Shown here: positions 1 to 8,765 of the stretch, piece after piece
Layout: each line of letters opens with the position of its first letter
How positions within the stretch are numbered: the stretch's first letter is position 1
Made by a program: the position numbers and the translations under genes
DNA from: an uncultured Acidobacteriota bacterium
GTDB lineage: Bacteria > Acidobacteriota > UBA6911
Direction of reading: 5' to 3'
NCBI GenBank assembly: GCA_963843575.1
Contig: CAWJKZ010000019.1
Location: 160,001 to 224,000, forward strand
DNA length: 64,000 nt
The notes under the pieces: generated by a model
Told to the model about the DNA's origin: nothing
The model's input: the letters and a program-made list of their open reading frames with translations, nothing else
Database searches by the model: none

Positions 1-256
1 TTTCGTAAAAGATCCCGACGTTGCGGTAGGCGTTGATGTATTCCTTGAGGGACTTCAGTTCGAGGCACCACCGGTCGGGGATGTAGGTCACGGTCAGGGT
101 GCCGAAATCCGGCAGGCCTGTTTTCGGGCAGATGGCGGTGTATTCGGGAATCACGATCTGTATTTCGTATGACGGGAACTGGTTTTCCCAGCATTCGATG
201 CGGGGCAACGGCGTCTCCAGGCCCGCGCGCGCATGCTCCTCCGTGTATCGCCTCAT
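1..256 (-). CDS. queF: preQ1 synthase / 7-cyano-7-deazaguanine reductase (runs off the window edge)
   Basis: Manual translation from ATG 256: MRRYTEEHARAGLETPLPRIECWENQFPSYEIQIVIPEYTAICPKTGLPDFGTLTVTYIPDRWCLELKSLKEYINAYRNVGIFYE. The CPxTGxPDF and ELKSLK motifs are QueF signatures. Confidence 0.93.
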   Translation of the reverse strand, partial: MRRYTEEHARAGLETPLPRIECWENQFPSYEIQIVIPEYTAICPKTGLPDFGTLTVTYIPDRWCLELKSLKEYINAYRNVGIFYE

Positions 257-398
257 GCGGCTAAGTTAACACACCCGCCGACGGAATTCCTGTGCCCCGC
301 CGTGGGTATTTGCCTGCGATAAAGAAATCCCCCATCCCCGCCGATGAGTTTGACGTGCTCCGTCCTGTTGTGCACCCACATCCGATCGAGTGAGACCC

Positions 399-1091
399 AT
401 GCGAACGAAGGGCCCGAACACCCTGTTTATCGCTGCCCCGAAGCTGAACCAGCTCAATCTGCTGAAGGAGCTTGCGCTGGATCCACACCTGACGCAGGCG
501 GAACTGGCGCGGCGCTGCGACCTGTCGGTGTCGATGGTCAACAACTACATGAAGGAGTTCTGCACGCTCGGTTGGCTGCAATACCATCGCAAGACCACCA
601 AGACGGTCTCCTACCACGTCACGGCGGCCGGCGACAGCCGGCTCAAGTCCGTGCAGCACGAACTCATCAACGAGGTCGCCGACCTGGTCGCCCGGGCCAA
701 GGAGCGCATCCTGGCCGTGATCCTGGAAAGCACCCACGAGAGACCCCGCCGGGTCATCCTCTACGGCAGCGGCGTCCTCGCCGAGATGACCTTCCACGCC
801 CTGGAGTCGGCGGGCATCGCCGTGGTCGGGATCTGCGACGACGATCCGGCAAAACTCGGCGACGACTGGCTGGGCAGGGAGATTCTCAACCCACTGCAGA
901 TCCGTTTCCTGGACCCGGACGCGGTCATCTTCGCCTCGGAAGGCGGGTCGACCGCGTGCGACGTCGAGGGTACGCTGCGTCACATCGAAGAACGTGGCAT
1001 CGACTTGGTTCGCCTCGGCCGGGCCACGGGCCAGGGGGTTTCCCCAGGCCTCGCCGCCGAGGACCGTCTCCAGTCCCTCACCATCGGCTAG
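399..1091 (+). CDS. winged helix-turn-helix (MarR/AsnC-like) regulator with C-terminal Rossmann-like domain
   Basis: N-terminal LTQAELARRCDLSVSMVNNY HTH; C-terminal VILYGSGVLAE...VVGICDDDPAKLG nucleotide-binding-like fold. Confidence 0.75.
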   Translation: MRTKGPNTLFIAAPKLNQLNLLKELALDPHLTQAELARRCDLSVSMVNNYMKEFCTLGWLQYHRKTTKTVSYHVTAAGDSRLKSVQHELINEVADLVARAKERILAVILESTHERPRRVILYGSGVLAEMTFHALESAGIAVVGICDDDPAKLGDDWLGREILNPLQIRFLDPDAVIFASEGGSTACDVEGTLRHIEERGIDLVRLGRATGQGVSPGLAAEDRLQSLTIG

Positions 1092-1132
1092 CGTCCACAC
1101 ACGTAGGGTCAATTGCAGGAGCAAAGACGTTC

Positions 1133-1310
1133 TTTCGGACGCTGACCCACGGAGATCAAAGACAAAGGCATTGGTGACAGGCCGCGGCAGTCCTGTGTGC
1201 CCGAGGCAGCCCTCGTGGCGGAATGCCGGGCGCCGCCGATCCGCGTGAACCCGTCCAATCCGTGAAAATCCGCGTTCTGCTTTTGCTCCTGTCTTCCTTG
1301 ACCGGTCCAG
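1133..1310. repeat. intergenic repeat family A, copy 1
   Basis: GCCCTCGTGGCGGAATGCCGG..GCCGATCCGCGTGAA..ATCCGCGTT..GCTTT..TGACCGGTC is shared with about 4150-4248. TTTCGGACGCTGAC..AAAGACAAAGGC resembles 4356-4396. Confidence 0.75.
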
Positions 1311-1391
1311 ACGCAGATGAACACCGATCACCGCCGCGCTTCGAGAGCTTTTGTTTTGCGGCGGCCGACCGCACCGTGATAAACATGAACC

Positions 1392-2740
1392 GTGGACCTG
1401 TTCGAGCAGCGCAAGATCTACTCCGTCTTCGAAATCACGTCCGAGATCAAGAGGACCCTGGACCGCATGGGAGTCCTGTGGATCAAGGGAGAGATATCGA
1501 ACTTCAAACACCACTCCTCCGGCCACATGTACTTCTGCCTGAAGGACGAGCGCGCGCAGGTGAAGGCGGCGTGTTTTCGAGGCAGCAACGCCTACCTCAA
1601 ATTCCGCCCCGAAGACGGGCTTGAAGTGCTGGCACGCGGGCGCCTGAGCGTCTACGAGCCGCGCGGCGACTACCAGGTGCTCGTCGATTACATGGAGCCG
1701 GTGGGTCTGGGTTCGCTCCAGCTCGCATTCGACCAGTTGAAGGAGAGGCTCCGCCGGGAAGGCCTGTTCGACGAGGCCCACAAGGTGGCCCTGCCCCTGC
1801 TGCCGGGCAAGGTCGGGATCGTCACATCGCCCACCGGCGCCGCCATCCGCGACATCCTGCGCATCCTCAAGAGGCGGAACGCCTCGCTTCACGTCCTGCT
1901 CTACCCGGTCAAGGTGCAGGGCGCGGGCGCCCGCGACGAGATCGCCGCCGCGATCCGCTACTTCAACCAGCGCTCCGACATCGACGTGATCATCGCCGGC
2001 CGCGGCGGCGGATCGATCGAGGACCTCTGGGCATTTAACGAGGAGGTCGTCGCGCGCGCGATCTACGCCTCGGACGATCCCGGTCATCTCGGCGGTGGGC
2101 CACGAAGTGGACTTCACGATCGCCGATTTCGTCGCCGACCTGCGCGCCCCCACGCCCTCGGCGGCGGCCGAGATGGTGTCGGGTGCGCGCGAAGACCTGC
2201 GGGCGACCGTGACGTCCTTGCAGGGGAGGCTGTCGCAGGCGATGATGCTCGGCTTCGAGAGGCGCCGCTCGGCGCTGGATCGACTCTCCCGCAACCGCGC
2301 CTTCATCACCGCACCCAACCGCGTCAAGGAACTGCAGCAGAGGTTCGACGAAGCGGCGCTGCGCATGAACCAGGCGATGGAGCGCTACCTCACGAGGCTC
2401 GGGCGCCGGCGCGAAATCGCCCAGACGCGCCTCGTCAGGCTCGACCTGCGGAAGGCGATCGCCCATCGGCGCGAAGTTCTCGCGCGCAACCACCAGGGGT
2501 TGACCGCCTGCATGCGGGCCCGGCTGCGCCAGGAGCGCGCCCGTCTCGCGCTGGCCGCCGGCCGCCTGGACGCGCTCAGCCCGCTGGCCATCCTGCAGCG
2601 CGGCTACGCCATCTGTCGCGACGAAAACGGGGCAATTCTGCGGGACGCTGCCGCCACACAGCCGGGCCGCCAGGTCGGAATCAATCTGGCCCGCGGGAGT
2701 ACTCCGCTGCCGGGTCGAAGATGTGGTCGAGTCCCCTTGA
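1392..2740 (+). CDS. xseA: exodeoxyribonuclease VII large subunit (apparent frameshifts at about 2080 and 2697)
   Basis: [36 protein letters not shown], then in a shifted frame [25 protein letters not shown] and [13 protein letters not shown]. Confidence 0.92.
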
Positions 2741-2829
2741 TATTGTTCGGGTCCCCGGCGCCTTCGAGGTGACGAGTTCCTTGACCGGATCGAAGGGCCC
2801 CGAGGTTCGAACATTGGAGCGTAGTTATC

Positions 2830-3072
2830 ATGGATCTGAAGGTAAAGGATTTCGAATCCGCGCTGAAGTCGCTCGAGGATATCGTCGTTCAACTCGAAAA
2901 CGGCGACCTCCCCCTCGATCGGGCCCTCGAATTGTTCGAGGAAGGGGTGCGCATCAGCCGCTTCTGCAGCGGCAAGCTGGAAGAAGCGGAACGCAAGGTG
3001 GAGATGCTGATGCGCAACGCCGACGGCTCGGTCAAGGAAGTCCCGTTCGCCGATGACGTCGAAGAAACCTAG
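2830..3072 (+). CDS. xseB: exodeoxyribonuclease VII small subunit
   Basis: FESALKSLEDIVVQLENGDLPLDRALELFEEG; directly follows xseA. Confidence 0.95.
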   Translation: MDLKVKDFESALKSLEDIVVQLENGDLPLDRALELFEEGVRISRFCSGKLEEAERKVEMLMRNADGSVKEVPFADDVEET

Positions 3073-3186
3073 GGACATTGCGCCGTCTTGGTTCGCCGTC
3101 GGGCGCCGCCGCGACCCGCAAGCCGCGAACCGGGACTGCCAAGTCATGCTGTGAACCCACACAGCGAACTCGCACTGCGGATCGTG

Positions 3187-4071
3187 ATGGACATTGACCG
3201 TTATCTCTCGCTGATCAAGCACGAGGTCGAGACCTGCCTCGACACGCTCCTGCCGCCGGAAGAGGCGGAACCGCCGACGATCCACCGCGCGATGCGCTAC
3301 TCCATTTTCGCGGGCGGAAAGCGCATCCGGCCGGCGCTGGTGGTCGCGTCCGGGGAAGGGGTCGGAGGCGACCGCGGCACGCTCGTGCACCTGGGCGCCG
3401 CGATCGAAATGATCCACACCTACTCGCTGATTCACGATGACCTGCCCGCGCTCGACAACGACGATCTGCGACGCGGCAGGCCGACCTGCCACAAGGTGTT
3501 CGGCGAGGCCATGGCGATCCTGGCGGGGGACGCCCTGATGACCTGCAGCTACCAGGCGCTGGGCCGCCTGCCCGACGTCTCCGACCGGGCGCGGCTCGCC
3601 GTTATCCGCGAGATCGCCTCCGCCACCGGCACCCGCGACGGCATGATCGGCGGGCAGGTCGTCGACCTCGAGTCGGAAGGCAAGACGATCGGCCCGGAGG
3701 TCCTGGATTACATCCACCGCTCCAAGACCGGCGCCCTGCTGACGGCCTGCGCGCGCTGTGGAGCGCTCGCGGCGGGCGCGGGTCCGGGTGAGCTCGAGTC
3801 CCTGACCCGCTACGGCCGCAACGTCGGGCTCGCGTTCCAGGTCGTGGACGACATCCTCGACATCACCGCCAGCAGCGAGCGGCTCGGGAAGACGGCGGGC
3901 AAGGATCAGAAGGTGAAGAAGGCCACCTATCCCGCCCTTTACGGGATCGATGCGTCCAACGCCAAGGCGCGCGAGCTGGTGGCATCGGCACTCGAGGACG
4001 TCCGGGACCTCGGGGAAACCGCCGCACCGCTCAGGATGATCGCGCGCTTCATCCTGAGCCGCACGACCTAG
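3187..4071 (+). CDS. ispA: farnesyl/geranylgeranyl diphosphate synthase
   Basis: GGKRIRP, SLIHDDLPALDNDDLRRGRPT, FQVVDDILD and GKTAGKD motifs; xseB-ispA synteny. Confidence 0.93.
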   Translation: MDIDRYLSLIKHEVETCLDTLLPPEEAEPPTIHRAMRYSIFAGGKRIRPALVVASGEGVGGDRGTLVHLGAAIEMIHTYSLIHDDLPALDNDDLRRGRPTCHKVFGEAMAILAGDALMTCSYQALGRLPDVSDRARLAVIREIASATGTRDGMIGGQVVDLESEGKTIGPEVLDYIHRSKTGALLTACARCGALAAGAGPGELESLTRYGRNVGLAFQVVDDILDITASSERLGKTAGKDQKVKKATYPALYGIDASNAKARELVASALEDVRDLGETAAPLRMIARFILSRTT

Positions 4072-4099
4072 TGGTCAGTTTCATAAACCTGGTGACGTG

Positions 4100-4514
4100 T
4101 TTTTTCGGACGCGGATTGACGAGGGCCGGCGCTTCGCGCCGACCGGTCGGCCCTCGTGGCGGAATGCCGGACGCGGCCGATCCGCGTGAATCGGCAAAAT
4201 CCACGAACATCCGCGTTCCGCTTTCGACTTTGTCATTCCTGACCGGTCAAGGCCGGACAACGTCGACTACCGCCGTGTTCATCCGTGCCCTGAGATCACG
4301 TCACCGCAATTATGAAATCGCGCACTACACAGTCTCATAAGTACGCTGACGTATTTTTCAGGACGCAGACCAACACGGGCGATGAAAGACAAAAGCCAAA
4401 ACAGAACGCAGATTCCGCGGATCCAAGAGATTCACGCGGATCGACCGCGGCCTGTCGCCAGGTCGATCTGTGGGGATCCGCGCGCATCTGCGTCCTGACA
4501 AATACGTTGGCGTA
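4100..4514. repeat. intergenic repeat family A, copies 2 and 3, including a MITE-like unit with 28-bp imperfect inverted arms
   Basis: About 4150-4248 resembles 1209-1305. 4385-4445 is an inverted copy of the same motif. Arms 4342-4369 (TACGCTGACGTATTTTTCAGGACGCAGA) and 4487-4514 (TCTGCGTCCTGACAAATACGTTGGCGTA) pair with 3 mismatches. Confidence 0.75.
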
Positions 4515-4552
4515 TTGGTGAACATCAGTACTAAGCCCGCCGGAGGTCACGC

Positions 4553-5335
4553 TTGAGCCCGCAAAAACGGCGCATCGACGTGCTGCTCCTCGAGCACGGT
4601 TTCACGGAGAGCCGCCACAAGGCCCAGGCCCTGCTGCTCGCGGGGAAGGTCCTGGTCGATGGGCAGAAAGTGGAAAAACCGGGGCAACTGGTCCGCCCGG
4701 ACGCCGATGTCCGTCTTCTTGGACAGGAGCGCTTCGTCAGCCGCGCCGGCGCCAAGCTGCAGGCGGCGCTCGACGCGTTCGCCCTCCAGGTCGCCGGCCG
4801 AGTCTGCGCCGATCTCGGAGCCTCGACCGGCGGGTTTACCGACTGCCTGCTGCAGAACGGCGCCGCCGCCGTGCACGCCTACGACGTCGGCCTCGGGCAA
4901 CTGGACTGGAGGCTGCGCTCCGATCCCCGGGTCGTCGTGCACGACGGCTTCAACGTCCGCCACCTTACCGGCAGGGACCTCCCGGACGGTCTCTCCGTGG
5001 TCTGCGCCGACCTCTCGTTCATATCCCTGACGAAGGTCCTCGCGCCGCTGCGCGACGCCCTGCTGGAGCAGCCCCCGCACGGCGGGCCCGGCGTGGTCGA
5101 CGTCGTTCTGCTCGTCAAGCCGCAGTTTGAGGTCGGCAAGGGCCAGGTGGGCAAGGGGGGCATCGTGCGCAGTCCCGAGAAAAGAGCCGAAGCCGTCGAA
5201 GCGGTGACGGCCTTCTCACGGGGCGCCGGGTACCAGCCGCGCGGCAGCATCCCTTCACCCATCGCGGGCGCGAAAGGGAATCAGGAGTTTTTGTTGTACC
5301 TCCAACTCCCACCTGATCTATCATCCCCCGCATGA
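4553..5335 (+). CDS. tlyA: TlyA family rRNA 2'-O-methyltransferase
   Basis: S4 domain RIDVLL, FVSRAGAKL, DLGASTGGFTDCLLQNGA, LVKPQFE, GAKGNQEFL. Confidence 0.93.
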   Translation: MSPQKRRIDVLLLEHGFTESRHKAQALLLAGKVLVDGQKVEKPGQLVRPDADVRLLGQERFVSRAGAKLQAALDAFALQVAGRVCADLGASTGGFTDCLLQNGAAAVHAYDVGLGQLDWRLRSDPRVVVHDGFNVRHLTGRDLPDGLSVVCADLSFISLTKVLAPLRDALLEQPPHGGPGVVDVVLLVKPQFEVGKGQVGKGGIVRSPEKRAEAVEAVTAFSRGAGYQPRGSIPSPIAGAKGNQEFLLYLQLPPDLSSPA

Positions 5336-6186
5336 ATTTGCCCGTCGCCAGAGTGGGGCTGGTTCTCAAGCGTCACGATCCCCGCGTCCCCGCAATTGCC
5401 GCCGAAATCATCCCATGGCTGCAGGCGAAAGGGGTCGAGGTCTTCCTGGACCATGAGTCCGCGCGCCTGTACCCGAACTGCACCATCGCGGCCCCGGAAG
5501 ACTTGGCCGGCCGAGTCGACGTGGTCGCCGTCTTCGGCGGGGACGGAACCCTCCTTTATGCGGCGCGCCTGGTCGCGCCAAGCGGCATCCCGATCCTCGG
5601 CGTGAACCTGGGCTCGCTCGGATTTCTCACCGAGGTCAAGATCGAGGAGATGCGGCAGGCGTTCTCCAGGCTGCTCTCGGGGGAGTATCTGCTGGAAAGC
5701 CGGATGCTGCTCGAGGTGGAGGTGTACCACGGAGGGCGCTGCGACCGGTATCTCGCCTTGAACGACGCGGTTATAAACAAGGGGGCGCTCGCCCGGATCA
5801 TCGAGCTCGAGGTTACCGCAAACGAGGACCCGGTTATGCTGATCCGTGCCGACGGGCTGATTATTTCGACCCCGACCGGCTCTACTGCTTACTCGCTGTC
5901 GGCGGGCGGACCCATCCTCTATCCGACCCTGGAAGCGTTCATCATCACGCCGATCTGCCCGCACACGCTGACCAACAGGCCTGTCGTGGTCCCCGACGGC
6001 ATGGTCATCGGCGTCTGCCTGCGCCACGGCGCCGACGTGATGCTCACGGTCGACGGCCAGGTCGGGGTGCCGCTCGGAGCCAACGACCTGCTGAAGATAC
6101 GGAAGGCCGTTCCTTTTGTCCGACTTGTGCAGGCCACCGGCACGAGTTTCTTCCGTCTGTTGCGTGAAAAGCTGAAATGGGGTTGA
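5332..6186 (+). CDS. nadK: NAD(+) kinase
   Basis: GGDGT, NLGSLGFL, ALND, DGLIISTPTGSTAYSLSAGGP. Confidence 0.95.
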   Translation: MNLPVARVGLVLKRHDPRVPAIAAEIIPWLQAKGVEVFLDHESARLYPNCTIAAPEDLAGRVDVVAVFGGDGTLLYAARLVAPSGIPILGVNLGSLGFLTEVKIEEMRQAFSRLLSGEYLLESRMLLEVEVYHGGRCDRYLALNDAVINKGALARIIELEVTANEDPVMLIRADGLIISTPTGSTAYSLSAGGPILYPTLEAFIITPICPHTLTNRPVVVPDGMVIGVCLRHGADVMLTVDGQVGVPLGANDLLKIRKAVPFVRLVQATGTSFFRLLREKLKWG

Positions 6187-6198
6187 TCGGGGGTTAGC

Positions 6199-6375
6199 GT
6201 GGAAGACGCCAAAGAACAGCATCCAGATGCGCCCGGCCGGGAGGCTCCCGGCGACAAAGCCAGGAAGCGCCTGCGGCGCACCTGGCGCTGGGCGTTGGGC
6301 GCTGTGTCCATCGCCGCCGTCGGGGCCGGCATCTTCTTTGTCTCGAAGAAGGGTGCCATCCGCCGCCACCCCTAA
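6199..6375 (+). CDS. small putative single-pass membrane protein (58 aa)
   Basis: Manual translation from GTG 6199: MEDAKEQHPDAPGREAPGDKARKRLRRTWRWALGAVSIAAVGAGIFFVSKKGAIRRHP*. Basic patch followed by a hydrophobic helix; starts 12 nt after nadK. Confidence 0.5.
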   Translation: MEDAKEQHPDAPGREAPGDKARKRLRRTWRWALGAVSIAAVGAGIFFVSKKGAIRRHP

Positions 6376-6378
6376 ATG

Positions 6379-6458
6379 TGGAGTGCGGCGGCTCGACGCC
6401 GCCAGAGACCGGGGCTGCAAGGTCGCAATCCGGTGTGGCACCGAGCCGCCGCACTTCC
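6379..6458. repeat. REP-like element family B (inverted pair)
   Basis: TGGAGTGCGGCGGCTCGACGCCGC at 6379-6402 with inverted partner GAGCCGCCGCACTTC at about 6443-6457. Confidence 0.8.
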
Positions 6459-6459
6459 T

Positions 6460-6553
6460 AACCGGAAAAGGTCGATTCCCAGCGCGCGGCACATCTTGTC
6501 GAAGAGGGCTACGGGAAGCCCACGATGTTGAAGTAGCAGCGCCTTCGATGAAT
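6460..6553 (-). pseudogene. diverged duplicate of the maf 3' end
   Basis: Aligns to 6578-6680. Encodes about CYFNIVGF.VALFDKMCRALGIDLFR versus Maf CYFNIVGFPVALFDRMCRRMGIDLFR. Confidence 0.8.
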
Positions 6554-6577
6554 GCGGCGCCGAGGCGCAGCACACCA

Positions 6578-7171
6578 TTACCGGAAGAGGTCGATCCCCA
6601 TCCTGCGGCACATCCGGTCGAAGAGGGCTACGGGGAAGCCCACGATGTTGAAGTAGCATCCCTCGATGCGGTCGATGAACAGGGCTGCGAACCCCTGGAC
6701 CGCGTATCCCCCCGCCTTGTCGCGGTACTCGCCCGTCGCGGTGTACCAGCGGATTTCGCGGTCGCTCAGGCGCCGGAAGTGCACGCGCGAGCGGCTGAAC
6801 CCGGACCTGAGCCGGCCGGAGGCGCAATCCAGCAGCGCGAGCCCGGTAATGACCTCGTGCCAGCGTCCGCTCAGCGCGCGCAGCATCGCGGTAGCCTCGT
6901 CCCGGGATCCGGGTTTTCCCAGCACGGTCTTTCCCGCGACCACTATGGTGTCCGCCCCGACGACGAGCCCCGAGCGGCGGCTGCCGGCGACTTCGCGCAC
7001 CTTGATGCGCGCCACGCGGACCGCATACGCCGAGGCCGTCTCGCCCCGCCGCGGCGGCGGTTCGGGAAGCGAACTCGGCTCGACCGCAAAACCGAGTCCC
7101 AACCCGTGGAAGATCTCCTCGCGCCGCGGCGAGGCGGACGCCAGCACCCAACGGCTGCTGCTTGTTGTCAT
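6578..7171 (-). CDS. maf: Maf family nucleoside triphosphate pyrophosphatase
   Basis: VLASASPRREE, GADTIV, LGKP, DKAGGYAVQG, GCYFNIVGFP. Confidence 0.95.
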   Translation of the reverse strand: MTTSSSRWVLASASPRREEIFHGLGLGFAVEPSSLPEPPPRRGETASAYAVRVARIKVREVAGSRRSGLVVGADTIVVAGKTVLGKPGSRDEATAMLRALSGRWHEVITGLALLDCASGRLRSGFSRSRVHFRRLSDREIRWYTATGEYRDKAGGYAVQGFAALFIDRIEGCYFNIVGFPVALFDRMCRRMGIDLFR

Positions 7172-7244
7172 CAGGGTATCTCTCTGCTAAGTTAGGATCG
7201 CCGTCACGGCTCGGTCCCGCGCGCGGCCATTTTTCGACCCGTTC

Positions 7245-8277
7245 ATGAAACAGACACTCGGCATTGCCGCCCTGTCGTTCCTGCTCGTTGCCCGGTTCTG
7301 CACCGCATCCGGCCCCGCGCGGCCGCAGGCGACAGCACCGGCGGCACCGGCCACGACGTTCCCGGAAAAGCTACTGGAGGGGGAGCCCGATTTCAACCTC
7401 GCTTTCCTCATCCAGGGCGACCTGCGCGGGAACTACGGGCCGTGCGGCTGACCGATCAACCCGATGGGCGGTTTCGCCCGCAGGACAAGCTACTGGAACG
7501 CCTTCGCCAGGAAATACCCGGAGCGGCCCCTGCTTGCGGCTCGACGGAGGCTCGTTCTTCACCCTCGGAGTAGCCGAGGCTGCCTCAATCAACCGCTGGA
7601 TGCTCGAGGGGACATACCGGTCGCGCCTGGATGCGCTCAACCTCACGGCTTGGGACCTCCCCGCGTGGCAGGAGATGTGGGACCTGGCCGCCGCAGGTCA
7701 GCTGCCGCGCCAGTTCCTCGACCTGCCGCTCGTCTCCGCGAACGTGAAGGCGAAGGCACCGAACTTTCCGGCTCTCCGGAAGTTTGTCTTCAAGGAGCTC
7801 GTCGTCGACCCCAAGTCCGGGACGAAGCTGCGCGTCGGGATCAGCGGCGTGCTGTTCGACCCGGAAGAGCGCATCTCCCGCGAGGAGTTCAACGTCAAGG
7901 ACCCGCAGGAAGCCGTCCGGCAGGTCGTTGCCGAGATGGAGCCCGGCAGCGACTACCGGATTATCATGATCGACGCGGGCGTGGGCAAAGCCATCAGCCT
8001 GGCCGCCGTTGTCCCGGGCATTAACCTCATCATCGTCGCCCACAACTACGAGGAGATCCTGGAACCACAGCAGGTCGGCGACACCCTGATCTCGGTGCCC
8101 GCCAACGAAGGCCGCCTGATCAGCGAGGTCCGGGTGTCGTTTCAGCAGGGATCCCAAAGCCTCGGCGTGCACACCCGTTTCGTCCCCCTGGACCGCTCCG
8201 TCCCGGACGACCCGGAGATGAGCGCCCTGATTCGCAAGGCCCAGGCGGACGTCGACGAATTCAAGCGAGCCCGGTGA
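7245..8277 (+). CDS. secreted UshA/5'-nucleotidase-like selenoprotein (CGU motif, Sec at TGA 7449-7451; apparent +1 indel at about 7535)
   Basis: Signal peptide, then GDLRGNYGPCG-TGA-PINPMGGFARR in one frame, matching the PCG(C/U)xxxxGGxxRR motif. After one indel it continues as RLDGGSFF...PLVSANV...IIVAH...DDPEM. Hairpin GGGCG-GTTT-CGCCC lies 14 nt after the UGA. Confidence 0.8.
7466..7479 (+). promoter_or_regulatory. putative bacterial SECIS apical hairpin
   Basis: Perfect 5-bp stem GGGCG/CGCCC with a GUUU loop that begins after a 19-nt spacer following the in-frame UGA. Confidence 0.7.
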
Positions 8278-8570
8278 GCGCCCGTATGCAACCCGTCTCT
8301 TCCGTAATCTACTCGCTGTTCCGCGGTTCCCCCCGGCACGACGAGTGGGTCGTCGCCTGTCTCGAGGGGGCTTGGACGGGGCTTCTGGGCGAGAGGCTGG
8401 CTACCGCGTGCAAGCCCGTCCGATTCGAGCGCTCCAGCCTTCTGGTCGAGGTGCTGGACGAAGCCTGGATCGAACCCCTCCGCTCATGTTCGGCGGAACT
8501 GCTCGCCAGGATCCGCACCGCCACAGGCGGCGAGGTTCAGTGCGTTGATTTCAGGCTCCGGCCCTACTAA
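8274..8570 (+). CDS. DUF721/DciA family protein
   Basis: 98 aa with W..LLGERLA.ACKPVRFERSSLLVEV...W...L pattern; overlaps the upstream stop (GTGA). Confidence 0.7.
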   Translation: MSARMQPVSSVIYSLFRGSPRHDEWVVACLEGAWTGLLGERLATACKPVRFERSSLLVEVLDEAWIEPLRSCSAELLARIRTATGGEVQCVDFRLRPY

Positions 8571-8581
8571 ATGGTTCATTC

Positions 8582-8630
8582 TGGAGTGCGGCGGCTCGAC
8601 GCCGCTTTGGCGTCGGCGCCTGGGCGCCGC
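8582..8630 (+). repeat. REP-like element family B
   Basis: TGGAGTGCGGCGGCTCGACGCCGCTTTGG followed by the CGGCGCC-TG-GGCGCCG palindrome. Confidence 0.85.
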
Positions 8631-8765
8631 ACAACTATGGGTTTTGACGACACCGCCTCCCCCCGATGCGCCGATGATTACCCAGCCCCCTCTCCCCAAG
8701 CGTTGTCTCTAATGCTATTATCAAACCGGCCCGCAATTTTAACGCTTGCAGTTCTGGAGAACAGG

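Noticed and set aside
6460-6680. maf tail duplication as a DGR template/variable repeat pair
   Set aside because: The differences are not adenine-specific on either strand, and there is no reverse transcriptase in the window.
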